From Spongospora subterranea f. sp. subterranea (Eukaryota), in assembly GCA_049724395.1 (NCBI GenBank), contig JAUGWO010000091.1, forward strand, positions 124,001 through 188,000: 64,000 bases of DNA, given 5' to 3'. How positions within the stretch are numbered: the first letter of the stretch is position 1; every line of letters begins with the position of its first letter. Below are positions 1-12,162 of this stretch, in pieces. The notes below the pieces were generated by a model. It saw only the letters and a program-made list of their open reading frames with translations, was not told where the DNA came from and made no database searches. A program made the position numbers and the translations under genes.

Positions 1-270
1 TTCAGATTTTATCGCATCTGTTTTGAATATCAGCAGCCCCAGTTTTGGCGCCGTATTCAAATGTGGTCTGTGACTGTATCTGGTTTGGTCAAGGTATCCG
101 GTCCGCCATGACTCGCCGAGGTAACATTGGTGACGCCCAGCAACAAGGTCCAGCGTTATCCACCATCAGTGAGTAATGGGGTTCTCATCATAACGGCTGC
201 GGTGTCCTATACAGAGAGCGGTCATCGGTGACCGATGAGCATTGAAGGCGGCCGTCCTGTTCCACCTCAG

Positions 271-3200
271 CCCGCCGTACTCCGCCGATAATGTTCTTGT
301 TGCCGTTCGGGTGCGATCCGACATCGCAACGGACTCTATCATCGACGTTTCTGGAAACAATTTAGTACTTCACCCTCCCAGAATCAGGTTTGCTGATATG
401 ATAATACAAAATGTTGCTTTTTATCGATTGCTTAGACCAGGCGAGACGCCATGTAAATTTTCTTTCGATCGATGTTATTCTGCTTCGGACGCAGACGGGA
501 ATCCGCACACACAGCAGGGAATATTCGATGATCTAGGCCAAAATGTTCTTGACAACGCGTTTAAAGTCAGTATATTCTATCAGTCATGTTCGTTCATAGG
601 TATTTCGAACAGTTTTTTCTGATATCTATGTAGGGGTACAATGTCACACTTCTGGCTTACGGGCAGGTTCGTCCAATATTGTATGCACTCGACCCAATGA
701 GGTATGTGATTATTGTTTAGACCGGATCAGGAAAATCGTACTGCATGATGGGCAGCCGGTCAGATCCTGGACTAATTCCTCGTATTTCGAAAGACCTGTT
801 CTCCAGAATCCTTATCAACACCATGGAAGATCACAGGGCTAACTTTTACTTGCGAAGCCTCGTATTTTGAAATTTACAATGAAAAAGTCAGAGACTTGTG
901 AGTAAATGGATTTGATTGTGAGAAAACGACTTACCTGTCCCGCTGTCAGGTTAGATCCAAGCAAAATGGAAGGCCAAAACACTACTGGTTTGCTTGTTCG
1001 TGAACATCCTAAGCATGGCCCTTACGTAGAAGATTTGAGCATTATACCAGTAATTCAGGTTAAATTAATCAAGAATCAATTTTTGATCAGTCGATTTAGG
1101 TCCAGTCCTACGAGGATATTGACAACCTGCTAAGACAAGGCAATACTGGTAGAACGGTGGCAGCAACGAGGATGAACGCCGAATCGTCTAGGTCTCATGC
1201 AATATGTAACTTGCTATACAGTCCATTCAAAATTTTTACCCTAACCGATGGTTCTAGTTACAATAATACTGAAACAAAACTTGAACGATAAAAGCACAGG
1301 CTCTGTAAAAGAGAAGATATCGCGCGTTCATTTAGTGGATTTGGCAGGAAGCGAACGCCAAACGAAGACAAAAGCCCATGGTTCACGTCTAAAAGAAGCT
1401 TCAGGTTGCAGCGCTTTTGATTGTTGGCTTGTTTTGACACTCATACGAGTTCGCAGAAATCAATAAGTCCTTAGTAACCCTTGGCCGAGTAATATCTGCT
1501 TTATCGGAAGCGGGACCAATTCGTCGCAATCAAAATTCCTCCCCTCGACAAAACAGCCACATTCCTTTTAGAGATTCTACGTTGACATGGCTTCTGAAGA
1601 ATAGCTTTGGTATTAATGGTAATGCAAGGACAATGCTTCTTTGTACAATAAGTCCACGATCTTCTGATTACGAAGAAACATTGGGGTCTTTGCGTTACGC
1701 AGCCAGAGCAAAACGAATTATTACAACGGCTGTCTGCAACGAAGACGCCAACACCAAACTGATCGATTGTTTGAAAAATGAGATTAAAGGTCAGGAAAAA
1801 GTTGTCAGATACAGATAGGCTGTTTACTATTTGTCCTGACCAATCAGAGTTAAACGCAAGGCTTGGATCTGCAGAAAAAACGAGCTCACAAGAAATCAAT
1901 CAGTTGGCAAGCGAACTCGATCATACTCAGAAGTTGATCAGCACGTTAAATATGTCTTGGGAAGATAAGGTTAAACAAGCAGAAAGTATACGGGTTTATC
2001 GAGAGCAGGTCAGCTGGCCCCTCAAACACGGTTTTCAGCTAACCATCTACAGGCACTTGAGCGAGACGGAATTGCGGTTAAAATGGATTCCAATTCGCCG
2101 TTCTTATGCAATTTGAATGAAGACCCAGGCGTTAGCGAGTGCCTTATATATTATTTGAAAAAAGGCAGTACTCATGTCGGAAGGTCAAAAACACTTCCTC
2201 AGCCCCGAATTTATTTGCACGATCTTTCGATTCCTGAGTTCCTTTGCGTGTTTACAACTGAAGAAGACAACAAAACCACTCTTACTCGGCGAGATGCACG
2301 GTTTAGTGTTTTCATCAATGGCAAAGAGGTATGGGATTTCCAGCACCTTTAAGCAGATCATTGATGTTCGTAGGCCAAGGAAAGTCAGCTACTTCATCAT
2401 GGTGATCGGATTATCTTCGGAAAATCTCTTTCGTTTCGTTATAGCTCCTCAATCAATTCTCTGCAATCAAACCCAGGTCGTTTAGAGACAACAACAAGAG
2501 CAAATACGACTGGGAATTTGCACAAGCCGAGCTGAAAGCGAAGTATATGTTAAAGTAACGACACGCGTGAACTAGTCATAATATTGTTTCCGTTCAGACT
2601 CGATGTTATGATGAACGATCTCCAGAAAGAAAGGGAAGAAGTGTCTATTCTCAGAGCTCGAGCCATGAGTACAGGCGAGGAGTTCACTTCGGTGCTGAAG
2701 CAACTGGAAACGGAGCGACAAGATAGGGCGGAACTGTCGCAAAAGTTACAAAAAGCAGTAAGACATTTTCATGGTCAGCCACAGTATGTTGAGTTTAGTA
2801 GGTCCAAGAAAGTACGAATACCCGAGCGACGTTTGAAGAGGCTAAAAACGGTTTTAACTCGTTGAACCAAAGTCAACAGCTCCAGCTTCTCTCAATCCAA
2901 AAAGAGCTTCAAAAAGAACGGTCAATCCGTGCGGGACTATCTCGAGACATCGACCATTTTCGTAGGCGGAACTCCTGTCCTTCCGTAAGCCATATTGATC
3001 CATGTATTGCGATTCTAATCTTCAAGCTATAGTATTCTCCTTATACGGATCAAGTTCCGGCATTTGTTCGTAATATTCTTCTACAGTCTATATATAATCG
3101 CCGCAATCTATCAAAGAATTTTGAAAATTATTTGTTCAAGCTCGAACATTGTAATTGCATGGCTCAAGCTCTTGGGCACTGCGTATTCTTCGAACTTCGC

Positions 3201-5768
3201 CCTCAAATGAGTTTGTCACCTAAGGGGGTTCTTTTATGCCAGGTATTGATTTTACGCATCCCGTTTCTGAAAGGTTCATTCTCTTATTTATATATTCTTT
3301 CTAGGAATTTGTGTTTCTGCGAAGTGTACTAAACCCTGAGATAATCTTCACTTCCGCCAAGTTTCTCGATTTTTATTATCGTCTGCGTGAATATTACTGT
3401 GATGCGTGCGAAAGACACAACAATCCCGATAAGGTCATTGACCGAACGTGTTTTTCTGACTGATAGTCATATCGAGGTTTGTATAACAGGGAGGAAACCC
3501 GGACCCGGTCGAGTATGTACTTTCCCAATGCTCAGAAAGTTATGAGATTGGGTTCGGTGTAATGCATCAGGTTAAGCATGTACTGTTCACAACACAACTT
3601 GTGACTGGCTCGTCCTCGATATTAGACGGTGATGGCAATCGAATTGCCTGTCTATATTACTCAATGTATCTGGCTTTACTGCTCTTTGCGCACCTTCTCA
3701 ACCCTCTACAGAGCAAAAAGAAACGAGCTCCCGTCGATTGGCCAATCGTATTCAGTATACATCAAGGCAAACAAATATCATCTTTCTCAGTAGACAAATT
3801 TGACAGAGCGAGGTTCTTAGGTAATCGGCGTTGATTTTCTGTCGCCAAGTGCGATTCCTGGGTCGACTGTCCAAGTCTTGCTAGGCGGCTATGGATTAGA
3901 CCTACTGGAATTTAACGACGTTCCTGTAATGTCTCAATGTCTAGGTATGCAGAAGAAACAGTGAAAGTTGCGATAGTCCAATGAGTATTTAAGATTATCG
4001 AGCTCTTGCCGAAGGAGTAAACAACGTCTGGGTTATCGATCGGTACAACGATGAGCTCCTCAAGTTGCCACTGCAAATCCGCATTATGGGTACTCCAGTA
4101 TTCCCTAGACATATGGATGCAGAAAATCCAATGTGGGTCAACGCTCGATGTCGCCATTCGTCTCACAAACGCGTCTCAGTGCTGAAAACGCCTTCTATTG
4201 GAACTGATGGCTCAATTCGGTGAGTTCACTTTCTTACAAATTGTGATATTCTTCTCATACCGAATATAGAGTACCTGGACCTTCGCCTCGCCTTCTTGCC
4301 GCTCAAAAGCGGGTTATCAATGGTAGTGAATTTTGCGGTAATCACAAACCGACCGCATCCGGTGCCAAATCCCGCCAGATGAATGTTCAAGATGTTCAAA
4401 CTCGTCTGCATGTACTAGTGGAGATTCAAGTAAGATCTTCGATAGTGTTCTCCAACTTTGCTGGTATTGAACGTTGAAACAACAGGAATTATCGCCTAGC
4501 ACCGGAGTCTTCGATACTTGCAGCGTGAAAGCTAATTCTGACTATGGTGGTGTTTTCAGGGTTTGCTTAAGTAAACCTAAACGATTCAACGTTCGCATCG
4601 CGCAAACCGATACCCAAGACCTGTCTTTGGAAAGTTGTTCATCGTTAAAGGTGATTTAGGCAATTCGGGTACAATCATAGTTGAGATCTTATTCAATATT
4701 GTTTCCTAGGTTGTTGCAGTTCGCAGCGGATCACTACGAGATACTTCCGGATATGAATGCGATATATCCCAAGAACAGGCCCAAATTCATGACAAGTTTC
4801 TAAGTTTCCGCTGTTTATGGCCAACTGATATGGCGCAACACTCGTACGCTCAGCGTGGGGCTGTCTTTGAACTCGACTTGGAGATTTCAGTATATGTCGA
4901 CTGGCAGCTTATGCCGATCATTCTATCGCACACAGTGGCATGCAAAGTAGGAACTTGTTTTTTGACGCGTGATGACCCCATTTTCTAAGGAGTCTAGGCT
5001 TACGCTCGAATAGGGTTTTTGCGTTCATTCATGAACAACATTAGCAGTCACGGACGACATTGCCATGGTAAATTGGCACAAAAAATGATTTCCTCAGTTT
5101 TGTAATTGTTTTGAAGGGTCTTTTTATGAACTTGCCCCTTCTCCGTTTTGCAAAACTATCGCGGATTTGAGGGAAGCGGCAAACGCATCACGGTCAGAGG
5201 TTGCCTGCAAGCTTCAATTGGAGAAGGTATCATTGTTGATTGAAATGTCAGGTTTCTAACTTCGAAGTAAGATGAAAGGATCCCTGCATGCTATTGGGGA
5301 ATCAAGTCCCTCCGATTCGTTGTTCGCCGCTGTTTTAGAGACCCTTTGTCGTCGAGGTGGAAAAATATCTTCAAAACCTGAAAAACACGTTCTAGCTCAG
5401 GCTTCTGCGATTCGATGTGCTGATGACGTCAGGTAAATTAGTGCACTCATTTTAGAGCACACTTCTAAACATCTGATTTTGCTAGCTGTCCGGAGCGTGC
5501 CGGGTATATATTCTGCCACCAACGAAGAATATTTTCAGTATTGCGATATCCTTTTCTTCACCTCTATCGAGATGCCAACCAGACGGTCGAAGACGAGTTT
5601 ATCGACCTTATAAGCGGTGTTATTCGCACGAATGACGACGCTAAGCTTCCATTTACATTCTCCTTGCAAACCAAGGTAAAGACGTATTCAATCCAGGCGA
5701 GTTGTGACGAGGATTTTCGGAATTGGATTCGGTGTTTTTCTAATTATCTCCCCGTTGTGGATCAATAA
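271..5768 (+). CDS. Kinesin-3 family motor (KIF1/KIF13/Unc-104-like), multi-exon: motor, FHA, stalk, C-terminal PH domain; 5' exon unresolved (candidate ATG at 108)
   Basis: Spliced motifs: [31 protein letters not shown] (P-loop across intron ~668-720), [89 protein letters not shown] entry [24 protein letters not shown] and [12 protein letters not shown]-like end [32 protein letters not shown]. One apparent +1 frameshift near 838. Confidence 0.9.
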
Positions 5769-5814
5769 ATCACAGCTGTACATTTATTTGAACACAATCT
5801 AAAACCTTGAAATC

Positions 5815-6520
5815 GATTTCCAATCAACAAACGACGTCGGTCGACAATCCGTGTAACCAGTCAAATAACCGTCGAATGGATTCAATAAAAACATTGCATT
5901 GCCCAATCAACAGAACGGTCGGTCGACACTGAAATTTCCGTCGAATGGATATCGACCTAAACATTGCCCGATCAACTAAGAACTCGGCCGACAATGAATT
6001 CGAATTGGAATCAAAAGCGTGAGAATTTGTACAGTTTTGTGCCCTGAAATGTTGGTCGAGAATGAAAATAACCGTGGAAAATCGGCTAAATGCCTAAAAG
6101 GTGCCGACAATAGGAGTGTGAGCCAAGTATCAAGTTGGTCTTGTTAATATCTCTTTTTCGAAAGAAATGAATAACTCTTCAAGACATCATTACAAATAAA
6201 GGAAATAACTGGTGATATATCGTGAAGAGATAAGAATTTTTGAAATTTTCCTAAACCGTAACTCAAATTCGTGATGTCGTGAAGAGTTGATTCGATTCTT
6301 TAGATATGATCATCAAAACTGAGTGACTTCTACAGTTGCTCTTTGATATTGTTCGCCATGTAGTTTCTATTATTATATAGTACGTCTAAAGTTATAAAAA
6401 TTACCAAGACCAACTTGATACTTGGCTAAGCCGCATTGGTTACTTGGCTCACACTCCTATAGTAGGCACCTTCTAGGCAATCATTGCCCAATCAACAACG
6501 TCGGTCGGTTGCACACTAAT
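5815..6520. repeat. Degenerate ~70-bp tandem repeat (about 4 copies) interrupted by a MITE
   Basis: Recurrent core CATTGCCC(A/G)ATCAAC...GTCGGTCGACA...CCGTCGAATGGA at ~5820, ~5897, ~5962 and again at ~6482 after the insertion. Confidence 0.65.
6092..6478. mobile_element. MITE-like non-autonomous element, ~50-bp TIRs, AT-rich interior, 3-bp TSD (AAT)
   Basis: Left GCCTAAAAGGTGCCGACAATAGGAGTGTGAGCCAAGTATCAAGTTGGTCTTG (6092-6143) is the reverse complement of 6405-6478 apart from a few substitutions and a 22-nt insert that duplicates TACTTGGCT; AAT flanks both ends (6089-6091, 6479-6481). Confidence 0.8.
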
Positions 6521-6886
6521 GAGATCGTATCGATAGAGCGAATGAATCTGGTCGATCGCTCGACAATCGAATCGCTAGAGCGTGGCGAAATGATTGTAGT
6601 TCACATGCCCTGACCCTGGGCCCTTACTACCCCCTGTGTCACGGATACACACGTGACTCAAGACGGACTTACGACCGGACTTTAATCGATCAATTTCGTC
6701 TATTGAAATTGTCCGTCAAGTCTGTATAGTGTGTTACACAGACGGCGATTGCGCATTATATTCGCTCGTCGGTCGGCCATTATCGCATCGCGACTAATCG
6801 GGTATCCTGACCGCCCCCAATCACAATTAGATCGGTAGTAGCGGCTTTGGTCCAGGGCGGGCAGCGATTAGCAATAAATTCCGAAA

Positions 6887-8239
6887 ATGACGGGTGTTGA
6901 ACAAGGGTCGTCTGATCAACGGGAAGAGTCGGTAGTGACATCGTTCGACGCCGATCCCGACGTAGATCCGGCGAAGCCAGCAGCAGCTCAGGCTCCGTCC
7001 TCCTCCTCAGAAACCCGGTGCAGGCGACTATTCATCGGCGGGCTGTCGTGGGATACGTCCGATGACAAGTTTAGGCAGTATTTCGAACAGTTTGGGCCTA
7101 TTGAGGAATCCATCATTATGCGAGATAAGATGACAGGACAATCTCGTGGATTCGGATTCGTCACATTTCAGAGCGCCGATCCGGTCCAGATGGTGCTATC
7201 CCAGAGTCTAGAATTAGATGGTCGCCAGATCGATCCCAAACTTGCAGTCAGAAAAGAAGAAATGGATAAACGCAACACGACCGTTCTTCCTCCCCGAGAG
7301 ACGACAGATCGGAAAATCTTCGTCGGATCGATATCGCCTGAAGTCACGCAGGATTCATTCAAGGAATATTTCGAGTCGTTCGGGCCCATCCAGGAGGCGG
7401 TTGTGATGAAAGGATATGGATTCGTAAGGTTTCAGGAGCAGTCGTCGGTCGAAGCCGTATTAAGCCATCCCGAGCACACGATAATGGGCCATAAAGTTGA
7501 GCCGCAAAGAGCAGTTCATCGTCGGGGGAGCGAGCGAAGGCCGGAACGCCGCGATGATTATGGTTATGGAGCCCAACGTGGCCCACAATCGGATAGATAC
7601 GGCAGCCATGGCGGTAGGGGTAATTGGGGACCAAACGAGTATCGCGAACCCCATTACCCTCGTCGCGATCCTTACGATTATCGTCACGATCACGATCGCT
7701 ACGGTCCATACGATAGTAGCCGTACTCCAGGATACGATAGACGTGCTATGTACGAGTCGCGATACGCCCCTGAACCATATGACAGTCGGGCGCCGGCCGG
7801 TTCACCTTACGATCAGTATGCCGATTATGAGCCGCCATATTCATCAGGCCCTTCAACTGGTTAGTGACAGGAACGTTTTCGTTAGCCCATTTTAGATTTT
7901 TGAGGGGGTAGTACTACCCGTTGATTGTAGCATTACTCAGTATGAAACTTTTTGTAATTAGGTCGACACGGATACTACGCCGATAGCTCATATTCGGATT
8001 ACCCGCCGGCCGTTCAACCTCATCGCGGATCCTATGCCACAGCGGAACCGCCCTACGAATACAATGATCGTTCCTATACGGGTAGTGCCGATCCCTACGT
8101 TGGCGCCGAATATGGTCGAGATTCGTATAGCGCGGCACCGAACGAACCGCAGGCAAGGGGCGGGTCGTACCCGCGAGGTGCACCGCCAGCAGGGCAATCT
8201 CGGGCCGGTTCCCGGTACGATCCCTACCCTAGAACGTAG
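6887..8239 (+). CDS. Two-RRM RNA-binding protein (hnRNP A/D, Musashi, Hrp1-like) with Tyr/Gly/Asp-rich tail; exons 6887-7859 and 7962-8239
   Basis: RNP2/RNP1 motifs LFIGGLSW..RGFGFVTF and IFVGSI..KGYGFVRF; GT-AG intron 7860-7961 gives an open tail ending GSRYDPYPRT* (PY-NLS-like). Confidence 0.92.
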
Positions 8240-8356
8240 ATTTGCAAATAACCACTATGATTTATCATCTACAATAAAACCATTGCACACCTGAAAATGT
8301 GCAGTTGCATGCTTATCAATGTTGAGGAAAGCGATAATAACTGCAGACACATGTTT

Positions 8357-9755
8357 TTACTCCATTATCGCTTGCGCGCTTAGCACTTTATTATACATCG
8401 CATTCGCTTTCGAACATCGAATTTCATCCCAGATGCGTACAGTTGCCCGAAACCTGAGCATGCCTTAGTTGCTATGTTTTCCGAACGGCGAGCAAGGGGC
8501 TCAACAGGGGCTCAACACTAACCATGATGCGTATGATTCTCCCGTCACGAACGCATCCTTCATTAGCGTCGTGACCAGTTCACCAAGCTCGTCCATGCAA
8601 AGGTTGTAGATGTCAGCGCACGATTCATCAGGGACAAAAAACAGATCGAGCCCGGACGAGTTTAGGTTGAGACCAAGCAACTCATTGCAGATCGGCGATT
8701 TCTGATCGGGGAAGTATTGCCCATCTAGAGTCATTCGAATGTGTTTGTGCATCCGTCGCCATTCTCTTTCAGAAAACGACTCCATGGGAACTTTGGTGTA
8801 CACGAAAATACACCTGGGATGATGGTAAATATTCGGAAATCCAAGTTGCTGACCGCCTATAACAAAACATGTTTACGAGGGTTTCAATGGCGAACAAACA
8901 ATGTACCAGCAATCTTGAGCATTGACCCAGCAGAGAGAGTACTCAATGTGGAATCGTCACTAAAACGGTCTTGAACAACCAACACGAGGTTCGATACCGA
9001 TAGAATGAGCGACGACAGCTCGATTGTGTGAAAGAGCTCGAGCTGTCCCAGCGATGAATACCCATGGGGGGGCGATATGCCCGAGTTCCATCAAGGACAG
9101 CAAGATGGCGGGAGAGTTGATCGGCTACAAAAAAACGCCATGTGAGAAATACAGCGAGTTTCAGAAATCGGACACTAAATATTGAGCCCACTTGAGAGTC
9201 CAGCAAAATCGACGACGTAGCGCCACGAATAAATAGGGCATCGATCCCCGTTGTCATTGGAGCGCCATTGGCAAGTGAGACGCCGTTGTGGACGAGGAAC
9301 TCGGGTTGATCCGACCTCATGCTTCTCGCGACCTGGGACATAATTCGGGATTTACCAACCGCCTCAGTTCCAATGACACCGCAGACACTGAAATCTGTCG
9401 GTTCGTCACCAATGACCTGCGATAAAACCACGATATGAACGGGAAATCCGCACGATCAAACGGGAATTACGTCGTCGGGATTTCGCAACGGTCTTAGAGC
9501 ATTATCTAGGATTGATATCGGGCCAGATTTGAGGGATTTCGGCTGCAATAACCGGCGAGGTGTTAGAACGGCTGTGGGAGCAACATTCGACAACGGCGGT
9601 CGGGATGTGTCCGTTGGCGCATTCGGTGGTGTGATGGAGGATTTGGAGAGAATACGCCTGACAGGAAGGGGTGGAGTAGGGCTGGTGGCGATCGACGACG
9701 CGCGACGAGTTCCCGATGGGCGCGGAGGTCCGCCGCGGCCGCCGCGATTCGACAT
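8357..9755 (-). CDS. SMG9: Nonsense-mediated decay factor SMG9-like P-loop protein, multi-exon
   Basis: Low-complexity N-terminus, then VCGVIGTEAVGKSRIMS (P-loop), TTGIDAL, LLDSQ/PINSPAIL, LSVSNLVLVVQD, and C-terminal VRIWDEIRCS, matching my recollection of SMG9 motifs. Apparent 1-nt frameshift in a G7 run at 9066-9072. Confidence 0.8.
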
Positions 9756-10152
9756 GTGATGTCAATATTGGTGGACGGCCACCGCCATCGTCATCGACTC
9801 GATAACCGTGTCCGATCATCTTCATGTTTCTCGTCAGACGATCAACGAACATCCCCACACGACTTATGTTCAACCGAACATATCTCGTATAAACAGGTAG
9901 TCAACCCATTATCATCCAGGACACGACCAAGACTTCGTTCAGACCCCCCAATTCATCATCAAATTCCTTCTCAAACAAAGCAGTATTTTTTTCTGAACCA
10001 CGGGCCATTGTATTCTACATCGAATATCATGATGTCGCTGAAATCTGTGTTTAGATCGTGGAACATAAAATAAGGAGCTTTGGGCAGTAAAGTCACGACA
10101 TGAATTCACCGTTTTATTTGATGAACGGCATTGTGTGAACCAGTCCGCCTTT

Positions 10153-10383
10153 AGGTGATAGCAGGGGCGAAACGACCAGGTTCCGGACAGCTTTGTTTGG
10201 TCAGACATCTGCTGGCGTGGATCCATCTAACACCCAGCTCAATTGGAGAGTATCTGTTCCTTAACCGTAATGGGGGGATGACGGAATACTCTCCAATTGA
10301 ACTAAGTGTTAGATCGATTCACGCCAGCAGATGTCTGACCAAACAAAGCTCCGAAACCTGGTCGTTCCGCCAAATCATCACCT
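10153..10383 (+). other. Long intergenic inverted repeat / fold-back hairpin (candidate hairpin RNA)
   Basis: Arms of ~100 nt, including a perfect 31-bp stem (10189-10219 with 10320-10350); pairing continues with G-U pairs to a ~9-nt loop near 10263-10271. Confidence 0.75.
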
Positions 10384-11261
10384 GCTTGAAGGCTTCGGTC
10401 GGGCAGGTAATCTCTTGGCAAATCCAGCTTGCAACAAATCAACAATTCTGATTGACATGACAGAACCAGCAACCGACATTCGACGACGATGCGAATTAAT
10501 GAGACTATTGACGCAATTCAAATTACCAACGAAGCTGTTCCTCTGGCCCCTTGTTTCGTATCCAGCGAAACCCACCAGGAAGAGACGGATCGGAAACAAT
10601 CTGACATTCAGAAACTCGAGCAAGGTAAGAAAGTCGCAGGTTCAAAACTGCAGATTGGGGTATCAGAAATCATCTACGTGTGCGATGAAGCTGCAGCCAT
10701 GGCTGGAGAAATATGGCGCTGTTCTACGGTGGCTTGCCAGGCCAACAAAAGCGCCGCACCCCTGAAGTGCCATGTGCCTATCCAATTGATTGACCGACAC
10801 CAGTTCAGAGGAATCAGATTCTGAGATTCTCCAAAAAGAAAATGAAATGTAATCAAAACAGACCAGATTTGTTCCGACCTTTACGGGGGCAATGCAGAAG
10901 TGTGATTTGGTCCAGGTGCGGTGGATTTGAGACGGACACGTGCTGCTTGCGCTGTACAAAGCGGCCTCTGGAATGTCTGACATCGGTTTCATCTGTACCA
11001 AGCGATTTGAGACCATATGAATAAGAATGGAGCGACAGACCCAATGGTTGAAAACACCGGACATTAACCCCTGATGAAACTCCGTATGATCTATAATATA
11101 GATCATTGGACGGAAACACCTCTCACATACTCAATTTTGCAATTACGCAGCCCATATAAGAAAATAAGTTCAAGAATGGAATAATTCCTATATTTTGGTG
11201 TTTTCAGAATAAATTCTTGGTCATTTTTCACTGCACAGTGAAGTATAGAAGTGTGTCGTTT

Positions 11262-12145
11262 CTCCCTCTGTCCCGCAATATTTGTTAATTTTCGTGGTCT
11301 GACCTTGTCCCATTTTAATTGTTAGGTTTATTGAAAACGTATAAAACGCATTCATTTACATACCTAGTGTCTCCATTTCTCATCTACATGAACATAGTCA
11401 AACATGTCTTGAAATTTCGGGGGATTTGTGTCTGGATTGATCATTGACAATGCGAAAGCGATTCTCTGCAAATTGTTCGGTTCTGTCAGTAATGGCTTAA
11501 TCGCGCTGGAATGTCTTCCCAGTTGCCCTTGCTAAATTTTCTATGCAGCCTGTTTTTCGGCACATCAATAGCAGCAGCAAGGTTCTTATGGTACCTTTCC
11601 GGGATAAAGGAATAGCTTGAATTTTGACATGGTCAATTTCCGTCGCATTTTTTTCGCATCTGCCTTTCCGTTTTAACAAAACATTAGCACAGATCGACCC
11701 ATCGGCAATGGATTTTTGCCCAGCATGCCATATTCTGCTGCCGGTAAGGGGATGGACTCCAAATTGAGCAGCAATCTCAGTGAAAGCACCCTTTACAGGT
11801 TCCCCGTTCCTCGACTTAGATAAAATTGCCTCGTAAATAGCTTGACGCTCATCATCGGTCAAATTGCGAAGTCCTGGCATCGACCTTTCTTGGAGATGTC
11901 GAACGGGAGGATTGGAGATGTAGTTTCGTGGGACCGGGATTCCAAAAGTCAATGTCAAAATTCTGAATTTTCAAATGCCAATATTTCAGCCAAAAATAGA
12001 TTATTTTCAGTAAAAAAACAAGGGGATTGTTCAGTGTACAACGAGCGCAGTATTGGCGACAACGCACTTGGATTAATCCTTGATCTCTCCTTATTCCCAC
12101 TATTTTCCGTGAACCTACGTAACAAATATTGCGGGACAGAGGGAG
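11262..12145 (-). mobile_element. Internally deleted Tc1/mariner (DD39D, Stowaway-like TIR) element
   Basis: TIRs CTCCCTCTGTCCCGCAATATTTGTTA at 11262 and its complement ending 12145, followed by TA; carries a transposase N-terminal HTH remnant (LTDDERQAIYEAIL..IAAQFGVHPLTGSRIW..KRKGRC) without a catalytic domain. Confidence 0.88.
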
Positions 12146-12162
12146 TAGATCAGAAGGACAAG

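Noticed and set aside
5815..6090. CRISPR-like array in the ~70-bp periodic repeat
   Set aside because: Units are degenerate along their whole length, with no constant-repeat/unique-spacer pattern.
6635..6740. Imperfect hairpin upstream of the RRM gene (CAATTTC/GAAATTG, GACGGACTT/AAGTCTGT)
   Set aside because: Short and gappy; could arise by chance or be a decayed MITE; no ncRNA boxes recognised.
9066..9072. Programmed frameshifting or pseudogenisation of SMG9
   Set aside because: Lesion is in a homopolymer and similar slips occur in other intact genes; assembly error is more parsimonious.
10400..11120. Overlapping 60-147 aa ORFs next to the hairpin
   Set aside because: No recognisable domain or consistent splice model; probably decayed repeat sequence.
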